Below are positions 24,905 through 36,700 of a stretch of 64,000 nt of DNA, one piece after another. Source of the DNA: Octopus vulgaris (taxonomy: Eukaryota); the NCBI GenBank assembly GCA_951406725.2, contig OX597814.1, forward strand, positions 216,318,001-216,382,000, written 5' to 3'. Position numbers and translations under genes: made by a program. Position 1 is the first letter of the stretch. Every line of letters starts with the position of its first letter. A model generated the notes under the pieces. The model did no database searches, was not told the origin of the DNA, and saw only the letters and a list, made by a program, of their open reading frames with translations.

Positions 24905-25041
24905 AAACCACATAATTCAACGCTTCCCTTCTTGGTCCACAACAGAAAGCAGCCCCTACGACACCCAGAACTAATGTGGCATCCGGAGAAAATGCTGGCA
25001 TCAAAATACAACTATTGATTGATTCAATTTCTAATGCATCT
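24905..25041 (+). CDS. PARP14: PARP14-like cassette 1 exon A (linker + Macro2a start); contains in-frame TAA at 24913-24915
   Basis: ttttcag|AA...TCT|gtgagt. (E)TT*FNASLLGPQQKAAPTTPRTNVASGENAGIKIQLLIDSISNAS; same length and phase as the paralog at 36058-36194. Confidence 0.75.
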
Positions 25042-25322
25042 GTGAGTAAATAGATTCATGTAACTTATTTATATTTAATTGTTATTTCATTTCCAAATAA
25101 GGAATCATTACAGTTAATTAAAACATTTTCTCAATCAAACTCAAACATTTTATTTCCTTCACATCTGATATCCTGAGTATATCTTTTGCTAACTTTAACA
25201 ACCTCAAACTTACTACAACCATTCTGTAGAGCCTTTCTTAACAACAATATCAACTGCAACAATGTATCTCTCTTCTCTCCATGGAATGTTCCTTAGTTGT
25301 TTACCATTAAATTCCTTTGTAG

Positions 25323-25550
25323 GTTGATGTCATCATTAACAGCACCAATGAACATCTCTGTCTTGACATTGGTGTTATCTCCAAATATATTCTCCTTGCT
25401 GCTGGTCCAGAGATACAAGTTGAATGTAACCAGAAATATCCTCAAGGTATTTCTACATTTGAAATAGCCATCACTAAAGGATATAACCTCAACTGTAAGA
25501 ATGTATTTCACCTGGTATTACCTCCCTGGGATGAAACTTCATCTGATTCA
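25323..25550 (+). CDS. PARP14: PARP14-like cassette 1 exon B (Macro2a core)
   Basis: tttgtag|GTT...TCA|gtaagt. VDVIINSTNEHLCLDIGVISKYILLAAGPEIQVECNQKYPQGISTFEIAITKGYNLNCKNVFHLVLPPWDETSSDS; not in the ORF track. Confidence 0.9.
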
Positions 25551-26367
25551 GTAAGTATCAATCATATTATATCGATTTATTGAAAGAGTTGTTGTACAAC
25601 CCTAGGTTATCATTGATCCAGCATCCCTGTGGCATGAACGGAATTGTCCATAAAACTATGCACAATCCACAGATGTGTTTTTCCAGTCATACAACACTTC
25701 CGTCTGCTTCAAGACAGTAGCATGTATTTTGATGTCCACTGATGTACAGTATGGGCTACAGTGTGACAGTCTGGTGTTGTGGTATTCTGTACAATTTCCA
25801 AAGCATGGATTCTGGTTGTTTGAAATTGATGTAGACTCTATTGTAGATATTCCCTGAACATTTTGACTCAACCATAGTCTCTTGTGTGCAGTGTAGAATC
25901 TTTTGTGCCTGTGGCGCCCTGCCTTGTGGGTGGTTTTGTTGCTTCTTGCAGTATGTTCTCACCCAGATTTCCCTCTTGTAAATAATAATTAATCTCTCCT
26001 CTTCCCTATTATTTTTTTTGTTAATTACAAAATTCCACCTGAATTACACTGTGCAACCACCAAATCTTGGAACATTTCTCTTTCCATTCACGGCATCCAT
26101 ATCTTCACTCAGACCAGACTTCCTGCTATCACATGATCTGTGTTGATCCTTCTGTCAAATGATGTGTTAATCCAATGACCACATGATCTGTTAATCCAAT
26201 AATCACTAGAAGTTGTTTAATACTATTCAAATCTGTAAAACATTTCTGTTTAGAACAACAAATTTTGTGTGGAATTTGTTAATCAAAGAATATATTAATT
26301 ACAACTTAACAATTCCTTCCTCTAATAAAATATTCATTATCAATTACTAAACAATTATTTTTTTTAG

Positions 26368-26595
26368 ATTCTGGCAAACTTGACTCAAATAATAACCATT
26401 TGTCTGAAAAATACTGAGGGAATGGGAGTGAAAAGTATTGCATTTCCTATATTAGGAGCTGGAACATTGAAGTACCCCATTGAAAATCTACCCAGAACTA
26501 TGTATGAAGCCGTGAAAAACTACTCAAATCTAAATCCAAGCCAGATCAAAGATGTTTACTTTACGGTTTATCCTCAAGACAGAGAAATAGCAAAG
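26368..26595 (+). CDS. PARP14: PARP14-like cassette 1 exon C (Macro2a C-terminal half)
   Basis: tttttag|ATT...AAG|gttggt. ILANLTQIITICLKNTEGMGVKSIAFPILGAGTLKYP...IKDVYFTVYPQDREIAK. Confidence 0.9.
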
Positions 26596-27409
26596 GTTGG
26601 TTGATGTATTTGTTGTTTGTTGTTTTATGTTGATATTCTTGGAATTTACCAAAAACCAATATTCCGCAATAAAGAAAAGAAAATAGAAATGACCCTCATA
26701 ATAATTTACTGCCCTTGTTCCATACTTTCATGGGTGCAACATTTTGACTGGCTCCAATGAGCCAGAAGGGTTTATTAAACCCCAGTGTCTGCTTTGGCAT
26801 GGTTTCTATGGCTGGATGCCATTCCTAATGCCAACCACTTCACAGCATGTCCTGGGTACCTTTCTTCATGCTACCTTTAAGGCTGTTCATTATATCTTGT
26901 GCTTTATCCTTTCATTATACCATTTCCCATCACCAAATTCTTGCTTCTGAAATATTCCATTGTAACATTTGAAGCTAAGAATGTTTTCCTTGTTGGTTGT
27001 TATTGGATTCAAAACCAACTCTACAAGAATTGGTAACACTGAAGGTCTTCTTTGCAGTTTGGCTGTTCTTATTTAACCCCGAGTCAGTTCTGATTTAGCA
27101 GATTTGAAGTCAGTGATGTCTGTCTTCCTTTCACTCTTTTCCTCCTCCTCTTCCAAGCTGCCACAATCAAGACACATTTCACAATTCCACACCAATAATC
27201 TGTGTCCGCTTCCTCCCCCTTTACTCTGCTTCTTGTTCTGTGTCTTTTCCAAGAACATCAATGTAACTGAGTGGAACTCAACCCCCTGTCGGAGTGTAGA
27301 TATCTCCAAAATATAAAATCTGATATGGTCAAGTGTTCAACAAAGTAACAGGGTCAGTAAACCCTACTCTGTGTTTGAGCAACAATAGCAGAGATGGGTG
27401 GAATATCAG

Positions 27410-29697
27410 CTTCATCATCATCACCATCATCATTGTTTAATGTCTCATTTCCATGCTGGCATGGTTGGAAGGTTCCACTGAGGACTGGCAAACCAGAAGT
27501 CTGCACCAGGCTCCAACCTGATCTGGCAAGGTTTCTGAAGCTGGATGCCCTTCCTAATACCAGCCACTCCGAGATTGTAGTGGATGCTTTTTACGTACCA
27601 CTGGCATGGGGGCCAGTCATGTGGCACTGGCAACAACCAAGCTCAAATGGTGCTTTTTACATGCCACCAGCATGGGAACAATCAGGCAACACTGGCAACA
27701 ACCTCACTCGAATGGTGCTTTTTACATGCCACCAGCACAGCTGCCAATCAGGCAGTATTGGCATCCTCTATAACAATGATTTCACTTGACTCAACAGGTC
27801 TCCTCAAGTGCAGTTTATTGGCCAATGATTGATGGGTACTCTTAAATGGGCTGGTTATGTTACACTGGCATAGGTCATGGTTATCGTCTCACTTGGCTTG
27901 CCAGGTCTTCTCAAGTACAGCATATCTCCAAAGGTTTCTGTTGCTTGTCATCACCTCTGTGAGGCCCAACATTTCATGGTCATGCTTCACCACCTCATCC
28001 CATGTCTTCCTGGGTCTACCTCTTCTACAAGTACCCTCCACTGCTAGGGTGTGACACTTTTTCACACAGCTATCCTCATCCATTTGCACCACATGACCAT
28101 ACCAGTGCAGTCGTCTCTCTTGCACACCACATCTGATGATTCTTATGTCCAACTTTTTCTCATGGTTCTTAAACTCTGTTGTGTATCCACACTGACATTA
28201 CACATCCAGTGGAGCATACTGGTTTCATTCCTTGTGACCTTATGCATGTCCTCAACTGTCACAGCCTATGTTTCACTGCCATGTAGCATGGCTGTTCTCA
28301 CACAAATGTGTCATACAGTCTACCTTTCACTTGGAGTGAGAGGCCCTTTGTTACCAGCAGAGGTAGGAGCTCTCTGCACTTTGCCTGGGGTATTCTCATT
28401 CAAGAAGTTCTGCTCTCAGTGCATCCACCCCCAATGCTGACTTGGTCACCTAGGTAACAGAAGCTATGAACTACTTCTAGTTTCTCCACCTGGCATGTGA
28501 TGGAAGCTGTTTCCTGCACATTTCCAGTGTTTATCGCCCCTCTGCATTTGGCACACACAAAAACTATCTTCCCAGTTAGCCTTCTTTGATATTGCTGCAC
28601 CTCTTGTATGTCCATAGCTTGCACTGGGTACATCTTATGGAATTTCTACCGATGCCTTTTCTACAGATCAAGCAGAACATCTACCTGAATGGATTTGTGA
28701 TTTGTCTGTCTTCCTACTTATTAAGACGTTAGTTTTTGCGAAATTCTCTCTAAGACCCTTTGATTCTAGACATTACTTCCACACCTGAAACTTCTTTAGT
28801 TCTGATAGTAACTCAGCTATAAGAGCAAGATCATCAGCATCAAGGATCTCCCAGGGGCATCCTATCTTGAATTCCTCTGTTATTGTCTGGAGGACTATGA
28901 TGAATAAAATGGAGTTAGGGACTTGGTCCTTGGTGGATCCCTACTCAGAATTCTTCACTATACTTGTTGACAACCCTCACCTTACTGACAGTATCCCTGC
29001 ACATGGCTTGTACAGCCTTCACTAACCATTCATCTATCCCCAGTTTCCACATTGACCACCAGATAAGTGATCAGGGGACCCTGTCAAAGGCTTTCTCCAT
29101 GTCAACGAAAGTCAGGTACAGAGGTTTATTTTTGGCTAGGTATTTCTCCAGCAGCAGTCTTACCAGAAATATAGCATCAGTGGTGCTTTTCCCTGGCACA
29201 AACCCAAACTGTATCTTGTCTAAACTAACTCTCTCCCTAATTAGTTGGGCTACAACCCTCTATGTGACTTTCATTACCTGATCCAACAACGTGATACCTC
29301 TCTAATTATTTCTATCTAAAGTGTCACCTTTATCTTTGTAGCAGTTGATTATTATGCTGCTACACCAGTCATCGGGTATGACTCCTTCATGTATCACTTG
29401 CTTGACTATATGGGTGACTAGGCTATAGCCGACACTGCCAGATGTTTTAAGCATCTCTGCAGTGTTTCCTGATGGGTCGGGGCTTTCCCTGTCTTCATAC
29501 CCTTAATTGCTTTATCTACCCAGTTACAGTAAATTTAGATAGTTGGTCTCTCTGTTGGGTCGACATTTGGCAGACTCTCATTCTCCCATTCATTCTCTTC
29601 ATTTGACAACCTTTCATAGTGGTATCTCCAAGTCTCTCTCTTTGCAGCATCATTAAATGCAATTGAGCCATCATCCATGCAGACACATTTCTTTTCC
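27410..29697 (-). mobile_element. RTE-clade LINE (PHD family), RT to 3' tail, degenerate
   Basis: Minus-strand ORFs CGVQERRLHWYGHVVQMDEDSCVKKC...GRPRKTWDEVVKHD; (CAT)n tail at ~27411. Confidence 0.85.
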
Positions 29698-30800
29698 ATA
29701 AATAATGTGATTTTTTCCATTGCATGAACTGAAAGTTGGAGGGGGATGGGAAAAAATACGACCTGCATCAACTTGCTATAAAAGCAGGTAGTAATTTTAC
29801 CTTTGAATTATTCTTAATTCAAATTTTGAAGAGTGTAGTTCAATTTTAACAGTCATTTTTTCAAAGCTACAATGGAAGTTACAAAGGAGCATATTTGCAT
29901 TTTTGTTTTATGAGTTCAATAAAGGCATTAAAGACAATGGAAAGTGTGAGGAATATTAATACAGTATATGAGGATCGAACAATAAGTATAAGCCAGTGTC
30001 AATGGTGGTTCCACAAATTCTGTGTTGGAAACTACAGCCTAGAAGACAACCCTCATTCTGGAAGATCTGTAGAGCTCTATGAGGATGTCCTGCAAAGCCT
30101 GGTGGAACAAAATCTCATCATACTGTTAAGGAACTAACAGAGAAGCTTGTATTTGGTCATTCAACCATTCATCGACACCTGCATGCCACCAGACAAAGTC
30201 AGCAAACAGCAAATGGTGTCAATGATTTCCTCACTAACTTTCTGAGTCTAATCATGCACAGAGAGTGAAGGTGTGCTCTTCTTTGCTGTCACATCTCATG
30301 AATGAATCTTTTTTGGACTGAATAGCGACTGGTGACAAGAAATGGGTTCTCTATAAAAATGTCAAGTACTGAAGTGTGTAGGGAAAGGAGAAAGACCGAT
30401 ACCCCGGGAGAAAGAAAGTCTTCATCCATATAAGGTGTTGTTATCAGTTTGGTGAGATATGAAAGGTTAAGTCCACTTTGAACTTTTAAACCCAAACCAA
30501 GCAATAACAAAGGAGATCTACAGTGAGCAGCTTGAGCAGTTTAAGTCAGCACTAGAAGAACAACGACCATCTTTGGTTTGAAGATGAAAGGTGTTCTTCC
30601 ATCAGGATAATGTTTGGCCACATACAGCAAGAATGACATTCCAAAGGCTGGAGCAGTTTGAATGGGAAACGATGCCCCACCCACCATATTCATCAGACAT
30701 TGCTCCATCTGATTATATCATTCATTCTGCAGTCTTCAAAAATGATTTGGATGTAAAAAATATGAATTCTACAGACGAGGTCAGAACAGCAATGAAAAAA
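29698..30800 (+). mobile_element. Tc1/mariner (mariner) transposase pseudogene
   Basis: WFHKFCVGNYSLEDNPHSGR (HTH region), FHQDNVWPHTA...HPPYSSDIAPSDY; frameshifts and stops. Confidence 0.85.
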
Positions 30801-31931
30801 CAGGGTTTGTGCATAGAAGCTGTGATACAACGAAAGTAAACTTTAGAAGACATTGTTTTAAACAGTATGAAAGCAATGCGTGAGAGATAATACATGTGTG
30901 TGTGTGTGTGTATATATATATAGGGAGAGAGAGAGAGAGAGAGGGGCAGAGAGAAAAATAATAGAGAGAGATTCATGGTAACAAATAGAGAGAAAGACAT
31001 TTGCAGTTGAGTTCTCGTTGCAAATTATATTTTCATATTATTATTTATGGATGACCATTCATTGGGATGCAGATTTTGAATATCAAATTCGTTTTTTCTT
31101 GAGGATACATCGTTTCAGGGACTTTCAGGGCTAACCACACATACAGAACCATATACACTCATATCTATATAATAGATGTACAAGATGTGTGTGTACAGAC
31201 TAATGTAAATGTCTTGTCTATATATATATATATATATATATAGAATATCAGTATATATATATTTTTATAGTAATGTAAACTATATTGTCTATGCATAGAT
31301 GGATGTAAGCAAGATGGGTGTATATAAACTGAGCGTCATATATACACTTTCTGTATACAATATGTGTTGGGGACAGGAAAAGATTGTTTGGCTAGACCAG
31401 TTCCTTTTCTTCTTTCTCCTTTTATCTATACCCAGTGTTGGGTACACATCTGCAGATATACTCTGTAGGACAGTATATATAGCATTGAAGTAAAGCACTG
31501 TTGACATACCAGTAATTCACTGGAATTTACTCAAAGCCAGTCTGTTTCAACAGAAATGTTCTTCTTTTGGTTTTAATCAGTTTTGAAAATAATGAGGAAT
31601 TAAGTAAAATCGGTTTGTCATTATTAAGCTGGTGTTTGGGCATAACATGGAATCTTGATACCAAATTCAATTCCATGAATAATTTTTTACAGTCACTTAA
31701 ACAAGCAAATTTCATTTCTTTTTATTCTGTAAGTAAAAATTCCTCCCCAAACTACAGAATATTCAAAAGCCTGTTCCTCATAGGAAGTTATTCTATGATA
31801 CAATAAATGGAAATATTAATTTAAAACAATATTTGTGATAGAAACAATGAGTTAAAACATTGCATTGTAATTAACAGAAATTAATTATTTTTTCATTGAG
31901 TGATAATAAATTATTTGCTTACTTTTAACAG

Positions 31932-31986
31932 AAATTTAAAGAATATTTCCAACAAATGTCAGCAGATGGTTCAGATGTATCATCAG
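31932..31986 (+). CDS. PARP14: PARP14-like cassette 1 exon D (55 nt)
   Basis: ttaacag|AAA...TCAG|gtaaat. KFKEYFQQMSADGSDVSS; phase 0-1; paralog at 43364-43418. Confidence 0.82.
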
Positions 31987-32097
31987 GTAAATTCGTTTGT
32001 TTTTTTTTTCTTCTTATATTAAATATCATTTAGGAAGAAACTAGTGACACTTTTTCTCATCATCATCATCAATTATTTTTATTGCCATTATTATTAT

Positions 32098-32520
32098 TGA
32101 ATGAGAGAGCAGCAAATGCCATCAAAGTAACAATGGGGTACAAATATACAAAGCCAGTATCCACATCATTTCTACCCATCTGTTAAGGGTACACCAGGCT
32201 CATGCATCACAACCATATGTGCACAACATGGTTATCTCTTATCAAGATAAACAGTGCATGGCCTATCAGGTGGGGCCCAGTTAGAATTTTCTTCAGGTCA
32301 AGTAGTCCATCACACTCAAAAGGTCCCTGAATAAAGGTTATTAAAGGATGTTGAATGAAACACCCTTGTCTCCAGGGGTGAATTATTCAAACCCCAAAGA
32401 ATCCCTCTCACCACATAGCTATGATGCACCCACACTACTTCTGCTCATGATCAGAGAAGCACATATCATCAGCCACTAAGGGACATGCTCAACTGGTTAT
32501 GGTCAAACAACTGACAAGAA
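32098..32520. mobile_element. Interspersed SINE-like repeat, truncated
   Basis: Matches 53838-54076 + 55157-55470 (GAGAGAGCA..TGCCATCAAAGT..GATAAGGGTACAC..CAGCCACTAAGGGAC); breaks off abruptly at ~32520. Confidence 0.7.
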
Positions 32521-32639
32521 AAACAGTGCTATGAATGTACCAACACACGAGTTCAAGACATGACAATCCTCACACACTTCTCCTGAGGTATTCCAGAAAG
32601 AACTTCATGAAACTATTACAAGAACGCTTCCAACAGATT

Positions 32640-33733
32640 TCAGTAACCATTAGAAGAATAAGAAAACCAACTATAATAGGGACTCCGTTAGTTCCTAGCA
32701 ATCTCTGAGGTAGGAATTTTTATAATCCAAAATATTAGACCATGAATAATTCAATTATTTCTAACAGTTATTATAGTCCACTCTGCATTGTTGTACCATT
32801 CCAGATATGTTACATTGCTTATATATATGTATGTTTCTTTAAGAAAGTCAGGGCTGAATTGCTTGGAAGGTACTGTTAAATAGTCACTGAATTATTATGA
32901 TGATTATTCAGGCAAATATTGATATAAGTTCTTCAGATGGTTCCCAGATAATGGTTGAACATTTAACGATCACACGTGTGCCATTGCATTGTTGCATTCT
33001 ACAAACATCCAGCACAACTGAATTATGAAAAAGTAAACAGATAAAATCATTTCGTTGGTGAGGGATTAGGGGTGAGTTGGGGAGTTCAGTGGGTAAGGAC
33101 AGAAAAGTATTTGAAGACAAAGTAATGTCATTATTATAATACATTAGCAAACAGAAAAATATAATCAAAATTTAACTGATACTAAGTAAAGACTATCTCT
33201 ATTAATTATAACAAATACAAGAAACATCACTGGAATGTTAGTTTCAAATTTTGGCACAAGGCCAGCAATTTCAGGAGAGTGGCTAAGTTAATTACATCAA
33301 CCACAGTGCTCAACTGGTACTTATTTTATTGACCATAAACATCACTGGAATTTTGGTTTCAAATTTTGGCACAAGGCCAGCAATTTCAGGAGAATGGCTA
33401 AGTCAATTACATCAACCCCAGTGCTCAACTGGTACTTATTTTATTGACCATAAACGTTGCTGGAATTTTGGTTTCAAATTTTTGCACAAGGCCAGCAATT
33501 TCAGGAGAGTGGCTAAGTCAACTACATTAACCCCGGTGCTCAACTGGTACTTATTTTATTGACCATAAACGTTGCTGGAATTTTGGTTTCAAATTTTGGC
33601 ACAAGGCCAGCAATTTCAGGAGAGTGGCTAAGTCAATTATATCCACCCCAGTGCTTAACTGGTACTTATTTTATTGACCATAAACATCACTGGAATTTTG
33701 GTTTCAAATTTTGGCACAAGGCCAGTAATTTCA
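32640..33733 (-). pseudogene. Inverted paralogous fragment of ~3475-4490 (115-bp array + intron + start of the large PARP14-like exon)
   Basis: Minus ORF 32908-33168 LSLPTELPNSPLIPHQRNDFICLLFHNSVVLD matches ORF 3999. Array units at 33316, 33431, 33546, 33661 (115-bp period). The exon part is indel-ridden. Confidence 0.85.
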
Positions 33734-33917
33734 CTTGAATTTGTGGAACCAGTTGCTCCTGTATGATAAAACTTGATATTTATTTAACTGTCAATCAGTG
33801 AGATATTAGACTAAATCAATTGAAGATCAGGCAACAGACTCAGTAGTTGTCAATTTGTATTCTATCATTTATAAATTCAACACAAGAAAGTCTCTTTTTC
33901 AAGTATGGACTGTATTA

Positions 33918-33980
<63 letters not shown>

Positions 33981-34231
33981 AGTTTGACACATGCTTTGAT
34001 TTTTGGAAAATACAACATTGAACAAAGGATATTCCAACATTTGAATGAAACCATTTCACTTTGATTTGTGGAACCAATTGCTCCTGTATGATAAAACTTA
34101 ATATCTATTTAATCAGTGAGATATTAGACTTAATCAGTTGAAGATCAGACAACAGACTCAGTAGTTGTCCGTTTGTATTCTGTCATTTATAACCTCAACA
34201 CAGGAGAGTCTCTCTTTTTCAAATATGGACT
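33731..34231 (+). repeat. Direct repeat of ~180 bp (33731-33911 / 34056-34231) separated by (CA)n
   Basis: TTGTGGAACCA.TTGCTCCTGTATGATAAAACTT...AACAGACTCAGTAGTTGTC...TATGGACT occurs twice. Confidence 0.85.
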
Positions 34232-34307
34232 TTATGAAATTTTACTCATCATACATTGAAGGACAAATCTTTCAATTTACAATTTAATATAGTAGAACAT
34301 TTAATAT

Positions 34308-34370
<63 letters not shown>

Positions 34371-34554
34371 TACCTGTTATATACATTATATTATTTTTGT
34401 AATTTACTTAATTTTTACTTTTTAATTGTCATTTTAATTTTAACTTTTCTATGGTATGCAATTTTCTAGATGGTGTAACTTAATTGTTCATTTTGAATCG
34501 ATAAAAGGTGTATTTTTCCTAATATTTTATGTATAAGCATGTATATATATATAT

Positions 34555-36008
34555 TAGACCAAAGTTATAGTAAGCAGAAAGGCGAACTCAGCACACACAC
34601 CCTCGGGCAGGTGACCCTGCTCGATCTGTAGGAAAGGTGTAGGTAGAAACTCCATAAGATGCACCCAATGTAAGCTATGGATGCATAAGAGGTGCAGCAA
34701 CATTAAAGGGAAATTAACTGATAAGATAGCTTTCATATGCAGCAGATGCACAGGGACAATAGACACCACAGACACACAGAAAACAGATTCCATCTCACTC
34801 CAGGGGAAGAAACTAGAAGTAGTTGACAGTTTCCGCTACCTGGGTGACCAAGTTAGTAGTGGAGGTGGATGCTCAGAGAGTATCACCACTAGAATACGAA
34901 TAGCCTGGGCAAAGTTCAGAAAGCTCCTACCCCTACTGGCGACAAAGGGCCTCTACACAGAATGTCACAGGGATGGCCCAAAGGTAGATTGTATGATGCA
35001 TGTGGGCGAACTGCCATGCTTCACGGTAGTGAAACATGGGCTGTGACTGCAGAGGACATGCGTATACTTGAAAGAAATGAAGCTAGCATGATCCGCTGGT
35101 TGTGTAATGTCAGTGTGCACGCACGACAGAGTGTAAGCACCTTGAGAGAAATGCTGGACATAAGAAGCATCAGATGTGGTGTGCAAGAGCGACGCTTGCG
35201 ATGGTATGGTCATGTACTGCGGATGGATGAGGAGAGATGTGTGAAGAAGTGCCACTCCAAAACAGTTGACGGTATCAGGGGGAGAGGTAGACCCAGGAAG
35301 ACATGAGATGAGGTAGTCAAGCATGACCTCAGAGCGTTGGGCCTCACTGAGGCAATGGCGAAGGACAGAGATCTCTGGAGATATGCTGTGACTGCAAAGA
35401 CCCGGGCTGCTTCATGCACCAGTTTCGCATAGCCCCTGCCCATACAAAGTACCCTGGATCCCAGAACGTCCCACTGTGCTTGAGGAGACCTGTTGAGTCA
35501 AGTACATGAAGATGAACATCGAAATAAATATCAATGGAAATAGTAGTTGTGATACCTGTGCCGGTGACACATAAAAAGCACCATCCGAACGTGGCCGTAG
35601 CCAGCACCGACTCGACTGGCTTCTGTGCCGGTGGCACATAAAAAGTACCATCCAAACGTGGCCGATGCCAGCACCGCCCCGACTGGCTCTTGTGCCGGTG
35701 GCACATAAAAAGCACTATCCGAACGTGGCCGTTGCCAGCGCCACCTTGGCTGGCTTCCGTGCCGGTGGCACGTTGAAAGCTCCAACCGATTATGACCGAT
35801 GCCGGACCCCCCCAGGCACCTGTGCAGGTGGCACGTAAAAAGCACCCACTACACTCGCGGAGTGGTTGGCGTTAGGAAGGGCATCCAGCTGTAGAAACTC
35901 TGCCAGATTAGACTGGAGCCTGGTGCAGCCCCTGGCTTCCCAGACCCTGGTCGAACTGTCCAACCCGTGCTAGCGCGGAAAACGGACGTTAAACGATGAT
36001 GATGATGA
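34555..36008 (+). mobile_element. RTE-clade LINE (PHD family), 5'-truncated, ending ~50 bp upstream of cassette 2 exon A
   Basis: Closely similar to 13700-15045; HKRCSNIKGKLTDK...FRYLGDQ; (GAT)n tail. Confidence 0.9.
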
Positions 36009-36057
36009 TATATATACACACACACACACATGTTAATTAATACTTGTTTCTTTTCAG

Positions 36058-36194
36058 GAACCTCATCATCAAACCCATCCCCTCTTCATCCACAACAGAA
36101 AGCAGCTTCTGTGATACCCAAAACTAATGTGGCCCTGACAAAGAATCCTGGCATCAAAATAAACCTAATGATTGATTCAATTTCTAATGCATCT
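36058..36194 (+). CDS. PARP14: PARP14-like cassette 2 exon A (linker + Macro2b start), open
   Basis: ttttcag|GA...TCT|gtgagt. (G)TSSSNPSPLHPQQKAASVIPKTNVALTKNPGIKINLMIDSISNAS. Confidence 0.88.
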
Positions 36195-36472
36195 GTGAGT
36201 AAATAGATTCATGTAACTTATTTATTTAATTATTATTTCATTTCCAAATGAGGAATCATTACAGTTAATTAAAACATTTTCTCAATCTAACTCAAACATT
36301 TTATTTCCTTCACATCTGATATCTTGAGAAATCTTTTGCTAACTTTAACAACCTCAAACTTACTACAACCATTCTGTAGAGCCTTTCTTAACAACAATAT
36401 CAACTGCAACAATGTATCTCTCTTCTCTCCACGGAATGTTCCTTAGTTGTTTACCATTAAATTCTTTTGTAG

Positions 36473-36700
36473 GTTGATGTCATCATTAACAGCACCAATA
36501 AACACCTCCAGCTTAACATTGGTGCTATCTCCAAATATATTCTCCTTGCTGCTGGTCCAGAGATACAAGTTGAATGTAACCAGAAATATCCTCAAGGTAT
36601 TTCTACATTTGAAATAGTCATTACTAAAGGATATAACCTCAACTGTAAGAATGTATTTCATCTGGTATTACCTCCCTGGGATGAAAATTCATCTGATTCA
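36473..36700 (+). CDS. PARP14: PARP14-like cassette 2 exon B (Macro2b core)
   Basis: tttgtag|GTT...TCA|gtaagt. VDVIINSTNKHLQLNIGAISKYILLAAGPEIQVEC...CKNVFHLVLPPWDENSSDS. Confidence 0.9.

Noticed and set aside
25293-25511. Minus-strand ORF conserved in two copies (also 36443-36661), first suspected to be a Gypsy RT relic or antisense gene
   Set aside because: It is the antisense shadow of macrodomain exon B on the + strand
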